A DNA stretch of 58,810 nucleotides from Nitrospirota bacterium (GTDB lineage: Bacteria; Nitrospirota; Thermodesulfovibrionia; Thermodesulfovibrionales; UBA9159): NCBI GenBank assembly GCA_023382175.1, contig JAMCQB010000153.1, positions 1,713-60,522 on the forward strand. The letters run 5' to 3'. Position numbers and translations under genes: made by a program. Numbering within the stretch: position 1 is the first letter of the stretch; each line of letters starts with the position of its first letter. A model generated the notes under the pieces. The model did no database searches. It was given only the letters and a program-made list of their open reading frames with translations, and had not been told where the DNA came from. Positions 18,549 through 27,221 of the stretch are shown one piece after another.

Positions 18549-18947
18549 ATGGAAATCAGGTCAAAGCTCTGGATAGAGATTGACGGCGAGCCCGTCTTCG
18601 GAAGGGGAAGGAGGTATTTACTCCAGGCAATAGATAAATATGGTTCCATAAACCAGGCTGCGAAAGAGGTGAGCATCTCCTACAGGAAGGCATGGAGCTA
18701 TATAAAAGCGATGGAGGAGAGGCTTGGTATTGCTCTGGTCGAGAGGCATGCGGGAGGAAAGAACGGCGGCGGCGCCACCCTCACGGAAGATGCAAAAGAA
18801 TTCTTGAAGAGATATGAACAAATGGAAGAAGGGGTGAGGGAAATCGTTGACGAAAGATTCAGGAGGTTTTTTCTTTTAAAAGGCAAGGAGGACGTTTTAT
18901 GTGCGATATCCAAAGAGAAGAAGATAAGGGAAAAAACACAGAAATAA
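18549..18947 (+). CDS. modE: ModE-family transcriptional regulator (HTH-only form)
   Basis: KLWIE...FGRGR..LL.AI...GSIN.AAKE..ISYRKAW...LVER..GG.NGGGA.LT; no TOBE domains. Confidence 0.88.
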   Translation: MEIRSKLWIEIDGEPVFGRGRRYLLQAIDKYGSINQAAKEVSISYRKAWSYIKAMEERLGIALVERHAGGKNGGGATLTEDAKEFLKRYEQMEEGVREIVDERFRRFFLLKGKEDVLCAISKEKKIREKTQK

Positions 18948-20131
18948 TGAGCTCGAATACTTCTGAACGTCAGGGCCTCCACACGTCCGAGCGTATCCCG
19001 GTGACCGAGGCAGTGGGTATGGTGTTGGCCCATGACATTACGGAAATAAGGCAGAACGAATTTAAGGGAAGGGCGTTCAAGAAAGGGCATGTGGTCAGGC
19101 AGGAGGATGTATGTCACCTCCAGAGGCTGGGAAAGGAGCATCTCTTTGTCCTTCACGTAGGTGATGACGAAATGCACGAAGACGACGCTGCCTTTGCCCT
19201 GGCAAGGGCACTGATGGGCGAAGGGGTCGGTATGCAGGGGGAACCCAGGGAAGGCAAGATAAACATCGTTGCCGAAAGAGACGGTCTTTTGAAAATCAAT
19301 AAGGAAGCGCTGCTGAAATTCAACATGTTTGGAGAGGTTATGTGCTCTTCCCTTCATGATAATACCGTGGTGAAGAAAGGGCAGGTCGTTGCAGGTACAA
19401 GGGCGATCCCCCTCGTCATTAAGAAGAAGATTGTCGACCAAGCAGTGAAGATATGTAAGGAAGCATCACCCCCCCGTCCCCCCCTTGGCAAGGGAGGGCG
19501 GAGGGGGGGTGTCCTTGAAGTAAAGGAAATGAGAAAGCCGAAGGCGGGCATTGTAATCACCGGCAACGAGGTTTACTATGGAAGGGTTAAGGATGCTTTT
19601 GCACCTATAATAAGGGAGAAAATAGATGCCTATCATGGAGAAATTGTTGGACTCTACTACACTCCTGATGATGGACACTCTATCGAAGAGAGGCTACGGG
19701 AACTGGTTGCGGCAGGCGCGGATCTGCTCGTGGTCACCGGAGGCATGTCTGTGGACCCCGATGATGTGACTCGGTTTGCCATAAGAAGACTCGGTGTCAA
19801 GGACATGACGTACGGTTCGGCAGTGCTTCCCGGTTCGATGTTCCTCGTGGCATACATCGGGAAAAAAGGAAACGGGGAAAGGGAGAAACGGGGACACGGG
19901 GACACGAAGCTCTCCGAGGCTCCGAATCTCCGGGTCTCCGAGTCAATGATTCCCGTCCTCGGCATACCAGCCTGCGGGATGTACCACAAGATAACCGTTC
20001 TTGATCTGATCGTCCCGAGGGTGCTTGCCGGGGAGACCATCGGCAGAAGAGAGCTTGCAGAACTTGGCCACGGGGGATTGTGTCTTAATTGCAAAGAATG
20101 CAGGTATCCTGTCTGTCCCTTCGGGAAGTAA
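18899..20131 (+). CDS. Molybdopterin-binding (MoeA/MoCF-biosynthesis-like) protein
   Basis: AVGMVLAHDIT, TGNEVY.GR..DAF, TGGMSVDPDD.T, PGSMF, C-terminal GHGGLCLNCKECRYPVCPFGK. RBS AAGGAGG before 18899. Carries two in-frame repeat insertions. Confidence 0.88.
   Translation: MCDIQREEDKGKNTEIMSSNTSERQGLHTSERIPVTEAVGMVLAHDITEIRQNEFKGRAFKKGHVVRQEDVCHLQRLGKEHLFVLHVGDDEMHEDDAAFALARALMGEGVGMQGEPREGKINIVAERDGLLKINKEALLKFNMFGEVMCSSLHDNTVVKKGQVVAGTRAIPLVIKKKIVDQAVKICKEASPPRPPLGKGGRRGGVLEVKEMRKPKAGIVITGNEVYYGRVKDAFAPIIREKIDAYHGEIVGLYYTPDDGHSIEERLRELVAAGADLLVVTGGMSVDPDDVTRFAIRRLGVKDMTYGSAVLPGSMFLVAYIGKKGNGEREKRGHGDTKLSEAPNLRVSESMIPVLGIPACGMYHKITVLDLIVPRVLAGETIGRRELAELGHGGLCLNCKECRYPVCPFGK
19467..19511. 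repeat. GC-rich palindromic element inserted in frame (encodes SPPRPPLGKGGRRGG)
   Basis: CACCCCCCCGTCCCCCCCTTGGCAAGGGAGGGCGGAGGGGGGGTG, 45 nt; a related copy is in ychF. Confidence 0.8.
19868..19944. repeat. Octamer-repeat element in frame (GGA(A/C)ACGG repeats followed by TCTCCGAG-like repeats)
   Basis: ggaaacggggaaagggagaaacggggacacggggacacg-aagc-tctccgaggctccgaatctccgggtctccgagtc, encoding GNGEREKRGHGDTKLSEAPNLRVSES. Confidence 0.7.
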
Positions 20132-20153
20132 AAGAAGACAAAATAAAAAAAAG

Positions 20154-20184
20154 ACTTGAATAATCAAGTAGTATTCTATATAAT
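20154..20184 (+). promoter_or_regulatory. Sigma70 promoter with a palindrome over the -35 box
   Basis: TTGAAT (20156)-17 nt-TATAAT (20179); ACTTGA-ataa-TCAAGT palindrome at 20154-20169. Confidence 0.6.
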
Positions 20185-20201
20185 TATATATAAGGTTTAA
20201 T

Positions 20202-20423
20202 ATGTTAAGGGAAAAAGTTGAAGAGGTCCTTAAGAAAATAAGGATTGGCCTCAAGGCAGAAGGGGGCGATATTGAGCTAGTGGACATAAGAGACAACATC
20301 GTTTACGTCCGACTCAAAGGCGCCTGTGGCACATGCTCCATGTCTTCTCTCACGATGAAGAATTGGGTAGAGGCAAATCTTAAGAAGGAGATTCCGGAGA
20401 TAGCTGCTGTTCATTCGGTATGA
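20202..20423 (+). CDS. NifU/Nfu-domain Fe-S carrier protein
   Basis: IR..L..EGGDIELV...VYVRLKGACGTC.MS..T. Confidence 0.92.
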   Translation: MLREKVEEVLKKIRIGLKAEGGDIELVDIRDNIVYVRLKGACGTCSMSSLTMKNWVEANLKKEIPEIAAVHSV

Positions 20424-21721
20424 ACAAAGAGCAGGGCGTAAAAGACTGTAATGCGTTATGCGTTATGCGTTACGGGGTTAAAGAGAAACCCCTCCATCCT
20501 CTCTTTCTTTTCACGGCGTTGTGCACTCTTATCACCCTCCTGTTTTCGATTCCACTGGATGCCGCTGATAAAGCAGAAATCAAGAACATCCGCTCCTGGT
20601 CGTCTCAAGGATATACAAGAGTCATTATAGACTTATCGCAGCCGGTGGAATTTACCAAAAAACGTCTCTCAAGTCCTGACAGGCTCTATTTCGACCTGAA
20701 GAATTCAAAAATCCCAAGGGAAATACAGAACAACCTTCCCGTGGGTGATGGCATTCTCAAGTCGGTGAGGGCAGGACAGTTCGACCCTGATACGGTAAGG
20801 ATCGTCCTCGATCTCGAAACAATGGATGATTTCAATGCTTACATCCTTGATGACCCCGCCAAACTGGTGATTGATGTCAATGCAAAGAAACCTGAAAAAC
20901 TGGTCGTCACCAGGAGAGTAGTCGTCCTCGACCCCGGCCACGGCGGCCACGACCCGGGCGCCGTCGGCAAGAAAGGTCTTCAGGAAAAAGACGTTGTGCT
21001 GAACGTCGCCCTGAAGATTAAAGAGATCTTGTCAAAGGAGCCGAATATTGAGGTGGTTCTTACGCGGGACAGGGATGTCTTTATACGGCTTGAGGAGAGA
21101 TCCCTTATTGCCCTTCAGAAAGAGGCAGACCTCTTTGTTTCTATCCACGCCAATGCAAGTCCAAACAGAGGTGCAAGGGGGATCGAAACGTATCTCCAGA
21201 ACTGGACCAATGAAGAAGAGGCTATACGAGTTGCTGCGAGAGAGAACTATGTTTCGCTAAAGAGAATGAAGGAGAAGATGGCCCAGTACAAGAGCGATGA
21301 TCTCGGTAAGATCCTCAGCGACCTTAACAGGGACTATAAGAGGGATGAGTCTGTTGCCCTTGCCAACTACATTCAAAGCTCTCTCTATTCCAATGTTGCA
21401 AGGGTCCATGCAAAGACCGTTAACCTGGGGGTAAAGCAGGCCATGTTTTTTGTGCTCATGGGCGCCTCCATGCCGCCTTCCATCCTTGCAGAGGTCTCCT
21501 TTGTCAGCAACCCTGAAGAAGAAAGGCTCCTGGCCAGTGACTCATACCGCGGCGTCATAGCAAAGTCCATTGCATCGGGGATAAAGACATATTTTTCGTC
21601 ATCTGCTCCTGTCCAGAAAGTGGCTGTTGTGAAAAAAGGGGACAGAGGGAATTGGGATGATCTCCCCCGTAGTGCAGACGTTCACGCGAAACCGTCCCGG
21701 GCTTCTTTTGCAGGGCGGTGA
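20420..21721 (+). CDS. amiC: N-acetylmuramoyl-L-alanine amidase with AMIN domain
   Basis: AMIN-like YTRVIIDL/PDRLYFDL; Amidase_3 motifs VVLDPGHGGHDPGA, EKDV.L, FVSIHANA, AEVSFVSN. Confidence 0.9.
   Translation: MNKEQGVKDCNALCVMRYGVKEKPLHPLFLFTALCTLITLLFSIPLDAADKAEIKNIRSWSSQGYTRVIIDLSQPVEFTKKRLSSPDRLYFDLKNSKIPREIQNNLPVGDGILKSVRAGQFDPDTVRIVLDLETMDDFNAYILDDPAKLVIDVNAKKPEKLVVTRRVVVLDPGHGGHDPGAVGKKGLQEKDVVLNVALKIKEILSKEPNIEVVLTRDRDVFIRLEERSLIALQKEADLFVSIHANASPNRGARGIETYLQNWTNEEEAIRVAARENYVSLKRMKEKMAQYKSDDLGKILSDLNRDYKRDESVALANYIQSSLYSNVARVHAKTVNLGVKQAMFFVLMGASMPPSILAEVSFVSNPEEERLLASDSYRGVIAKSIASGIKTYFSSSAPVQKVAVVKKGDRGNWDDLPRSADVHAKPSRASFAGR
20447..20480. repeat. Heptamer tandem repeat (TTATGCG family) in the amiC 5' region
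   Basis: tgtaatgcg-ttatgcg-ttatgcg-ttacggg-gtta. Confidence 0.7.
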
Positions 21722-22352
21722 AGATCATTTGTTGCCCCGCCTTAAGATCTCGCTTTACGTTGTCTTCATTGTAAGCCTTTTTTTTGTTCAGAGCATACAC
21801 CTCCATGCATTTACCGCTGCCGCTGTCTTTATTCTTGTCCTTGTGGCCCTTCCGCCCGGGAAGATAAAGAGCGGTCTTTTTCCCATAACCCTCTTCCTCC
21901 TCTTCACTTTCACCGGGAACCTCTTCTTCCATTCGGGCAGGATCATTTATAGCAGCGGTTTTCTGTCCGTTACTGATGAGGGACTCCTCCTGGCAGGCGT
22001 CAGGACCCTGAGGGTTTTTTCGATGATATTCGCTGCAAAGCTATTGACAGCCGTGCTTTCTGTTGACGAAATGATCCATTCCCTGGAAAGCATCCTGAGG
22101 CCTCTGGAGAGAATCGGCATACCGGTAAGAGACTTTTTCTCGGTCATGGGATTGACGCTTAAATGCTTCCCGGCCCTGACGGCCTATCTCCTGAAGGAGT
22201 ACAGGGAAAATATGAAGGATGACGGGATTCGGGGCTTTCGTCAACGCATGAGACACATGGTATCATTTCTCATGCCGGTGTTTGTGAAGAGTATTCGATC
22301 CCCTGAGAGTTTTTTCGTTTCTTCGGACACAGCGGATTCATCCAGGAAATAG
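21657..22352 (+). CDS. Energy-coupling factor transporter transmembrane component T (CbiQ/EcfT-like)
   Basis: HLLPRLKI N-terminus, several TM helices, LRPLERIGIPV..F..MGLTL..FP; no ECF ATPase adjacent. Confidence 0.7.
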   Translation: MISPVVQTFTRNRPGLLLQGGEDHLLPRLKISLYVVFIVSLFFVQSIHLHAFTAAAVFILVLVALPPGKIKSGLFPITLFLLFTFTGNLFFHSGRIIYSSGFLSVTDEGLLLAGVRTLRVFSMIFAAKLLTAVLSVDEMIHSLESILRPLERIGIPVRDFFSVMGLTLKCFPALTAYLLKEYRENMKDDGIRGFRQRMRHMVSFLMPVFVKSIRSPESFFVSSDTADSSRK

Positions 22353-22355
22353 ATA

Positions 22356-23951
22356 ATGGCCATGGACATTGATATTTTGATCAGAGGAGGCAGGGTGTAT
22401 GATGGCGCCGGAGATGAACCATTCATTGGTGACGTCGCCATAACCCAAGACAGGATAGCATTCATTACAAAAGGCGGAGACCGGTTCACAGGGAAGGTGA
22501 AAAAAATCATCGATGCAAAGGATCTCTCAGTGTCTCCCGGCTTCATTGATACCCATGCCCATTCTGAATTTACACTCCTTGCTGATGGTCGCGCTGAAGG
22601 AAAAATCTTCCAGGGGGTGACAACCGAGATCAATGGCAACTGCGGGTTATCTGCGGCGCCGCTGTATGGCGAAGCCCGTGAATACAGGGAGAATGACCAG
22701 AGGGAGATGGGGCTCGAAGAAAGGTGGTCGACCTTTGGAGAATATTTTCAGCTCCTCGAAAAGAGAAGACCTGCCATAAACTTTGCCGCCCTCGCCGGCC
22801 ACGGAAACATAAGAGCCTCTGTAATCGGCTACGCCGACAGGGAACCTGACGGCGCTGAGATGGAACGGATGCAGAGTCTCTTGAAGGAGGCTGTTCGTGA
22901 AGGCGCCATAGGACTTTCTACGGGATTGATCTATCCCCCCGGCGTATACGCGAGAACCGGGGAAATCATCGGACTTGCGCGGTGTATCAAAGACCTCATC
23001 TACACGTCGCATATGAGGAGTGAGTCGGACCAGTTGATAGAAGCCATTGAGGAGACCATAAGAATAGGGAGAGAGTCAGGGATTGCAGTGCACATCTCCC
23101 ACCTCAAGACCGGCGGAAGGAATAACTGGGCAAAGAGAGACAGAGCCCTCTCCCTTATCGAAAGTGCGCGTACTGAGGGATTGCCCGTGACCTGTGACCG
23201 CTATCCCTACACTGCCGCTTCCACAGACCTCGATGCAGCGCTTCCCGCCTGGGCCTATGCCGGAGGCGCTGAAGAAGAGTTGCAGAGGTTAAAGGACCCG
23301 GAAGTTCGGTCTGCAATAAGAAATGAAGTTGTCTCACAGCACACCGAGGAGGACTACTGGAACAGCATTGCCATATCATCGGTAAATTCGGAAGCTAACA
23401 GGTGGATGGAGGGGAAGACCCTCTCCTTTCTTTCTGAGAGGGCGAAAAAGGAACCCGTTGACTTTCTTCTGGACATCCTCCTTGAGGAAAGACTGAGGAT
23501 CGGCGCGATCTTTCATTCCATGAATGAGGACAACCTCAGGAAGTTTCTCGCGAGGCCTTATTTGATGATCGGCTCAGACAGCTCAGTACGCGCTGCAGAC
23601 GGACCGACGCGCAGGGGCAAACCCCATCCTCGGGGCTTCGGGACGTTCCCGAGATTCGTCGGACGATATGCAAGGGATCTCAAGCTGATGAACATGGGTG
23701 AGGCGATCCGCAAAATTACCCTGCTTCCCTCAGTGACCTTTGGCCTTGCGGGGCGGGGTCAACTGAAAGAAGGGTTTCATGCGGACGTCGTGGTGTTTGA
23801 TGAAGAACGCATCATCGACAGGGCAACCTTTGAGGAACCTTTCCTGAAGCCTGAAGGAATTCATTCTGTCCTGGTGAACGGATCGCCGGTTGTATGGGAA
23901 GGGACCGTCACCGGGAACAGGCCGGGAAAGATATTGAGAAATGGGCGGTAG
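22356..23951 (+). CDS. D-aminoacylase (N-acyl-D-amino-acid deacylase)
   Basis: PGFIDTHAHS, GNCG.S, STGLIYPPG, SHMRSE, HISHLK, GSD, PHPRGFGTFPR. Confidence 0.93.
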   Translation: MAMDIDILIRGGRVYDGAGDEPFIGDVAITQDRIAFITKGGDRFTGKVKKIIDAKDLSVSPGFIDTHAHSEFTLLADGRAEGKIFQGVTTEINGNCGLSAAPLYGEAREYRENDQREMGLEERWSTFGEYFQLLEKRRPAINFAALAGHGNIRASVIGYADREPDGAEMERMQSLLKEAVREGAIGLSTGLIYPPGVYARTGEIIGLARCIKDLIYTSHMRSESDQLIEAIEETIRIGRESGIAVHISHLKTGGRNNWAKRDRALSLIESARTEGLPVTCDRYPYTAASTDLDAALPAWAYAGGAEEELQRLKDPEVRSAIRNEVVSQHTEEDYWNSIAISSVNSEANRWMEGKTLSFLSERAKKEPVDFLLDILLEERLRIGAIFHSMNEDNLRKFLARPYLMIGSDSSVRAADGPTRRGKPHPRGFGTFPRFVGRYARDLKLMNMGEAIRKITLLPSVTFGLAGRGQLKEGFHADVVVFDEERIIDRATFEEPFLKPEGIHSVLVNGSPVVWEGTVTGNRPGKILRNGR

Positions 23952-24615
23952 AGTGCAGGAAAGCATGCCTGTTATCGGTATTCCCATGGATCGGAATGGT
24001 GAATATCTGAGACTGAAACACCATTACTCCTCGGCCATACTGTATGCAGGAGGGACTCCGGTTCTGCTTCCTCCCGGCGGCGACCCACTGAGCTTTGTGA
24101 CTGTTATTGACGGCCTGCTTATCCCCGGGGGAGGGGATATGTACCCGTCCTACTACTCGGAGGAGCCTCATCCCAGTGTCAAAATTGTGCCAAGACAGAG
24201 AACTGACTTTGAAATAGCATTGTTAAAGGCTATAATGGAACTGAGGAAACCGGTGTTCGGTGTCTGTTACGGGATGCAGCTGATAAATGTTGCCTTTGGC
24301 GGAAGTCTGTATCAGGATATAAAATCCCAGCTCGGAACGTCAGTTGACCACACAAGGGGATGCCACAGGGTCATCGGCAGTGGCAAGTGGCTGGGGGGAG
24401 ACTTTGTGGTGAACACCTCGCACCACCAGGCGGTAAAGGAACTGGGAAAGGACCTCGAAGTTATTGCGGTTGCTGAAGATCACCTGGTGGAAGCGGTACA
24501 TCTGCGCGATTATCCGTTCCTGTTGGGAGTTCAGTGGCATCCGGAACGGTCGATGGATCAGTTGTCCGTGCATCTCTTCATATCTTTTGTGGAGGCTGCC
24601 CATGGTTGCAAATAG
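23941..24615 (+). CDS. Gamma-glutamyl-gamma-aminobutyrate hydrolase family (peptidase C26)
   Basis: DGLLIPGGGD, GVCYGMQLINVAFGG.LYQD, VNTSHHQAV, GVQWHPE. Confidence 0.92.
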   Translation: MGGRVQESMPVIGIPMDRNGEYLRLKHHYSSAILYAGGTPVLLPPGGDPLSFVTVIDGLLIPGGGDMYPSYYSEEPHPSVKIVPRQRTDFEIALLKAIMELRKPVFGVCYGMQLINVAFGGSLYQDIKSQLGTSVDHTRGCHRVIGSGKWLGGDFVVNTSHHQAVKELGKDLEVIAVAEDHLVEAVHLRDYPFLLGVQWHPERSMDQLSVHLFISFVEAAHGCK

Positions 24616-25657
24616 GTTTTACTCTTTGATGCTCTTTGTCATACTGGCTGTCCTGGGCTACCTCTCCTATCAGATATTCCAGCCCTTTTTGACCCCCATT
24701 GCATGGGCCATGGTATTTTGTGTGGTTTTTTATCCCGCCTACGTCTTTACCCTGAGGTTTATCAAATTGAAGGCAGTGGCATCTCTCATAACCCTGCTGT
24801 TGATACTGATAATTATTATCGGCCCCTTCTCCTATATTTCGTATGCCCTGATCAATGAGGTGAGTGACATTGTGGCCAAGACTGACGCCGATGCAAGGAA
24901 ACTTACCGCTTTCCTTTCCAATGAGCGGGTGATGAACATCTTCCGGAAGATTGAGCCTTACACCGGACTGGAAGGGCCTTCGGAGGAGGTTATCATTGAG
25001 AATACCAAGAAGATCGGGCAAAAAATCGTGGAGGGGCTCTCATCGGGATTCGGGAACGTAATGACTGTTGCTGCGAATTTTGTCATTATGGCCTTTACTA
25101 TCTTCTTCTTTTTCAAAGACGGCCCGGGGTTTCTCCAGAGGATCAGGAATTACCTTCCGTTTTCAGAACAGAACAGGGACAGGCTGACAACACAGATAAA
25201 AGATATGATCGTCTCCACGATCTATGGCGGTGTGGTTGTGGCCATTGTTCAGGGAATCCTCGGGGGCATTGCCTTTGCCATACTCGGTATAAGATCACCC
25301 ATCTTCTGGGGATGCGCCATGGCCCTCATGTCCTTTGTGCCCATGCTCGGAACCGCCATCATCTGGCTGCCGGCCAGTGCCGTCCTCCTGTTCCAGGGAG
25401 CATACGCGAAGGGCATTGCCCTCATCCTTATCGGGATATTCGTTATCAGCATGGTGGATAATGTTCTGAAACCGCTCATCATAGGTGGCAGGACAAAGAT
25501 GCCGACGATCATCATATTCTTCACCGTCCTCGGCGGCATAAAAGTTTTTGGACTCCTGGGGCTGGTGATGGGACCCCTTGTGTTTGCTCTCTTCCTGTCG
25601 GTGTTCGAGATCTTCAGGACAATGGAAGGCGAGGCAAAACAGTCCTCGGATTATTGA
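24602..25657 (+). CDS. AI-2E family transporter
   Basis: FFFFKDG, QGILGG, SFVP.LG, DN.LKP..IG, GLVMGP. ATG at 24602 is preferred to the 24464 extension. Confidence 0.9.
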   Translation: MVANRFYSLMLFVILAVLGYLSYQIFQPFLTPIAWAMVFCVVFYPAYVFTLRFIKLKAVASLITLLLILIIIIGPFSYISYALINEVSDIVAKTDADARKLTAFLSNERVMNIFRKIEPYTGLEGPSEEVIIENTKKIGQKIVEGLSSGFGNVMTVAANFVIMAFTIFFFFKDGPGFLQRIRNYLPFSEQNRDRLTTQIKDMIVSTIYGGVVVAIVQGILGGIAFAILGIRSPIFWGCAMALMSFVPMLGTAIIWLPASAVLLFQGAYAKGIALILIGIFVISMVDNVLKPLIIGGRTKMPTIIIFFTVLGGIKVFGLLGLVMGPLVFALFLSVFEIFRTMEGEAKQSSDY

Positions 25658-25658
25658 C

Positions 25659-27221
25659 TTGACCCGCCCATCCCGCTTTTTTTTGCTTTCCTGCCTTCTT
25701 GTCCTTCTTATTCTCCTTTCCTGTTCCCATCGGAACAGGCTCAGTGGATATGTCTATTACCGGCTCAGCTCAAACCCCACCACCCTTGACCCGGCTTTAA
25801 TTGTGGATGTGACTGGGGGCACCATTGCGGCAAAGCTTTTTAATGGCCTTGTGAAGCTTGATGAAAGCCTGAGAATTATCCCTGATATTGCTGAACGATG
25901 GACAGTTTCTCCCGATGGACTCACCTATACATTTAGGCTTAGCTATGATGTTAAATACTCGACTAAACAATATGTTAAGGCTACTGACTTTAAGTATAGC
26001 TTTAAAAGAATCCTTGACCCTAAGACCCGTTCTCCCAATACCTGGGTTCTTGAGAAAATCGCCGGCGCAAAGGATTACATGAACGGGCGGACAGATGATG
26101 TCACAGGGATAAGGGTCATTGACGATCACACCCTCGAAATCAGGCTCGAAAAACCCTTCTCCCCTTTCATCTATCTTCTGACCATGCCTGCCGCGTATGT
26201 GGTTCCTGAAGAGGAGGTGCGGAAATGGGGACCGGACTTCTCCACTCACCCCATGGGCACGGGGCCCTTTGTTCTTGAGGAATGGCTTCCGAACAGAGAA
26301 GTAAGGCTCATGCGGAGAGACGATTACTTCGGCGAGAGGGCGAAAATCAAGGGAGTCGTCTATCGTGTCATCCCTGAGGATCTTACTGCAACGACCGAGT
26401 TCGAGCTGGGGAACCTTGATGTGATCTCTGTCCCTGCACCGGAGTTCTCAAAATACAAAAGTGATGCCCGGTGGAAAAGTCTCATGGCCTCTGTGAAGGG
26501 GATAAACACGTACTATATCGGAATGAACTGCTCGAGACCGCCTTTCAATAACATACATCTGAGGAGGGCAATGAACTTTGCCATCGACCGCAGAAAATTG
26601 CTCTCTACATTCTACGAAAGCAGGGGACGGCCGGCAGCAGGGCCGGTGCCTGACCTTCTGAGGACATGGGGCAGTCCTGAGCCCTATGAATATAACCCCG
26701 GAAAGGCAAGGGAGATGGTGGAGAGGGAAGGGATGGCAGGACGGACTATCCGTTTCTACATCACTTCTGACCAGGAGGTGGTGGATATGGCAGAGTTCAT
26801 ACAGTCTTATATCAGGAAAACGGGCATGAACGTGGAAATAACCCAGCTGGAATGGAGTGCATATAAGGAAGCGATTAACAAGGGCGAGCCTGACATGTTC
26901 TGGCTGAGCTGGTGGGCTGACTACCCTGACCCTGAAGACTTTCTTTATCCCCTTTTCCATTCATCCAACGCGGGGCCTGCAGGAAACAGGGCACGATATA
27001 AAAATTCCCTGGTTGACCGGCTTATCGAAGAGGGGCAGGCTGCCGGGAATGAAAGGGAGAGAATGATCGCATACGAAAAGGCAGAGAAGATTATCGTGGA
27101 TGAAGCTCCCTGGGTGTTTTTCTGGCACAAGACCGATTATACCCTTCGGCAGCCGTGGATAAAGGGATACCGGATGTATCCCATCTACAGCATGGACAAG
27201 GGGACAGGGATACAGTATTGA
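25659..27221 (+). CDS. ABC transporter substrate-binding lipoprotein, family 5 (peptide/nickel)
   Basis: Lipobox LLSC, PTTLDPA, LFNGLV, PDIAE.W.VS.DG.TYTF, GTGPF, W.ADYPDP. TTG start at 25659 is inferred. Confidence 0.9.
   Translation: MTRPSRFFLLSCLLVLLILLSCSHRNRLSGYVYYRLSSNPTTLDPALIVDVTGGTIAAKLFNGLVKLDESLRIIPDIAERWTVSPDGLTYTFRLSYDVKYSTKQYVKATDFKYSFKRILDPKTRSPNTWVLEKIAGAKDYMNGRTDDVTGIRVIDDHTLEIRLEKPFSPFIYLLTMPAAYVVPEEEVRKWGPDFSTHPMGTGPFVLEEWLPNREVRLMRRDDYFGERAKIKGVVYRVIPEDLTATTEFELGNLDVISVPAPEFSKYKSDARWKSLMASVKGINTYYIGMNCSRPPFNNIHLRRAMNFAIDRRKLLSTFYESRGRPAAGPVPDLLRTWGSPEPYEYNPGKAREMVEREGMAGRTIRFYITSDQEVVDMAEFIQSYIRKTGMNVEITQLEWSAYKEAINKGEPDMFWLSWWADYPDPEDFLYPLFHSSNAGPAGNRARYKNSLVDRLIEEGQAAGNERERMIAYEKAEKIIVDEAPWVFFWHKTDYTLRQPWIKGYRMYPIYSMDKGTGIQY

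Noticed and set aside
25940-25956. dif-like XerD arm (TGATGTTAAAT)
   Set aside because: One mismatch to the XerD arm, but no plausible XerC arm at a 6-bp spacing, and it lies inside a CDS.
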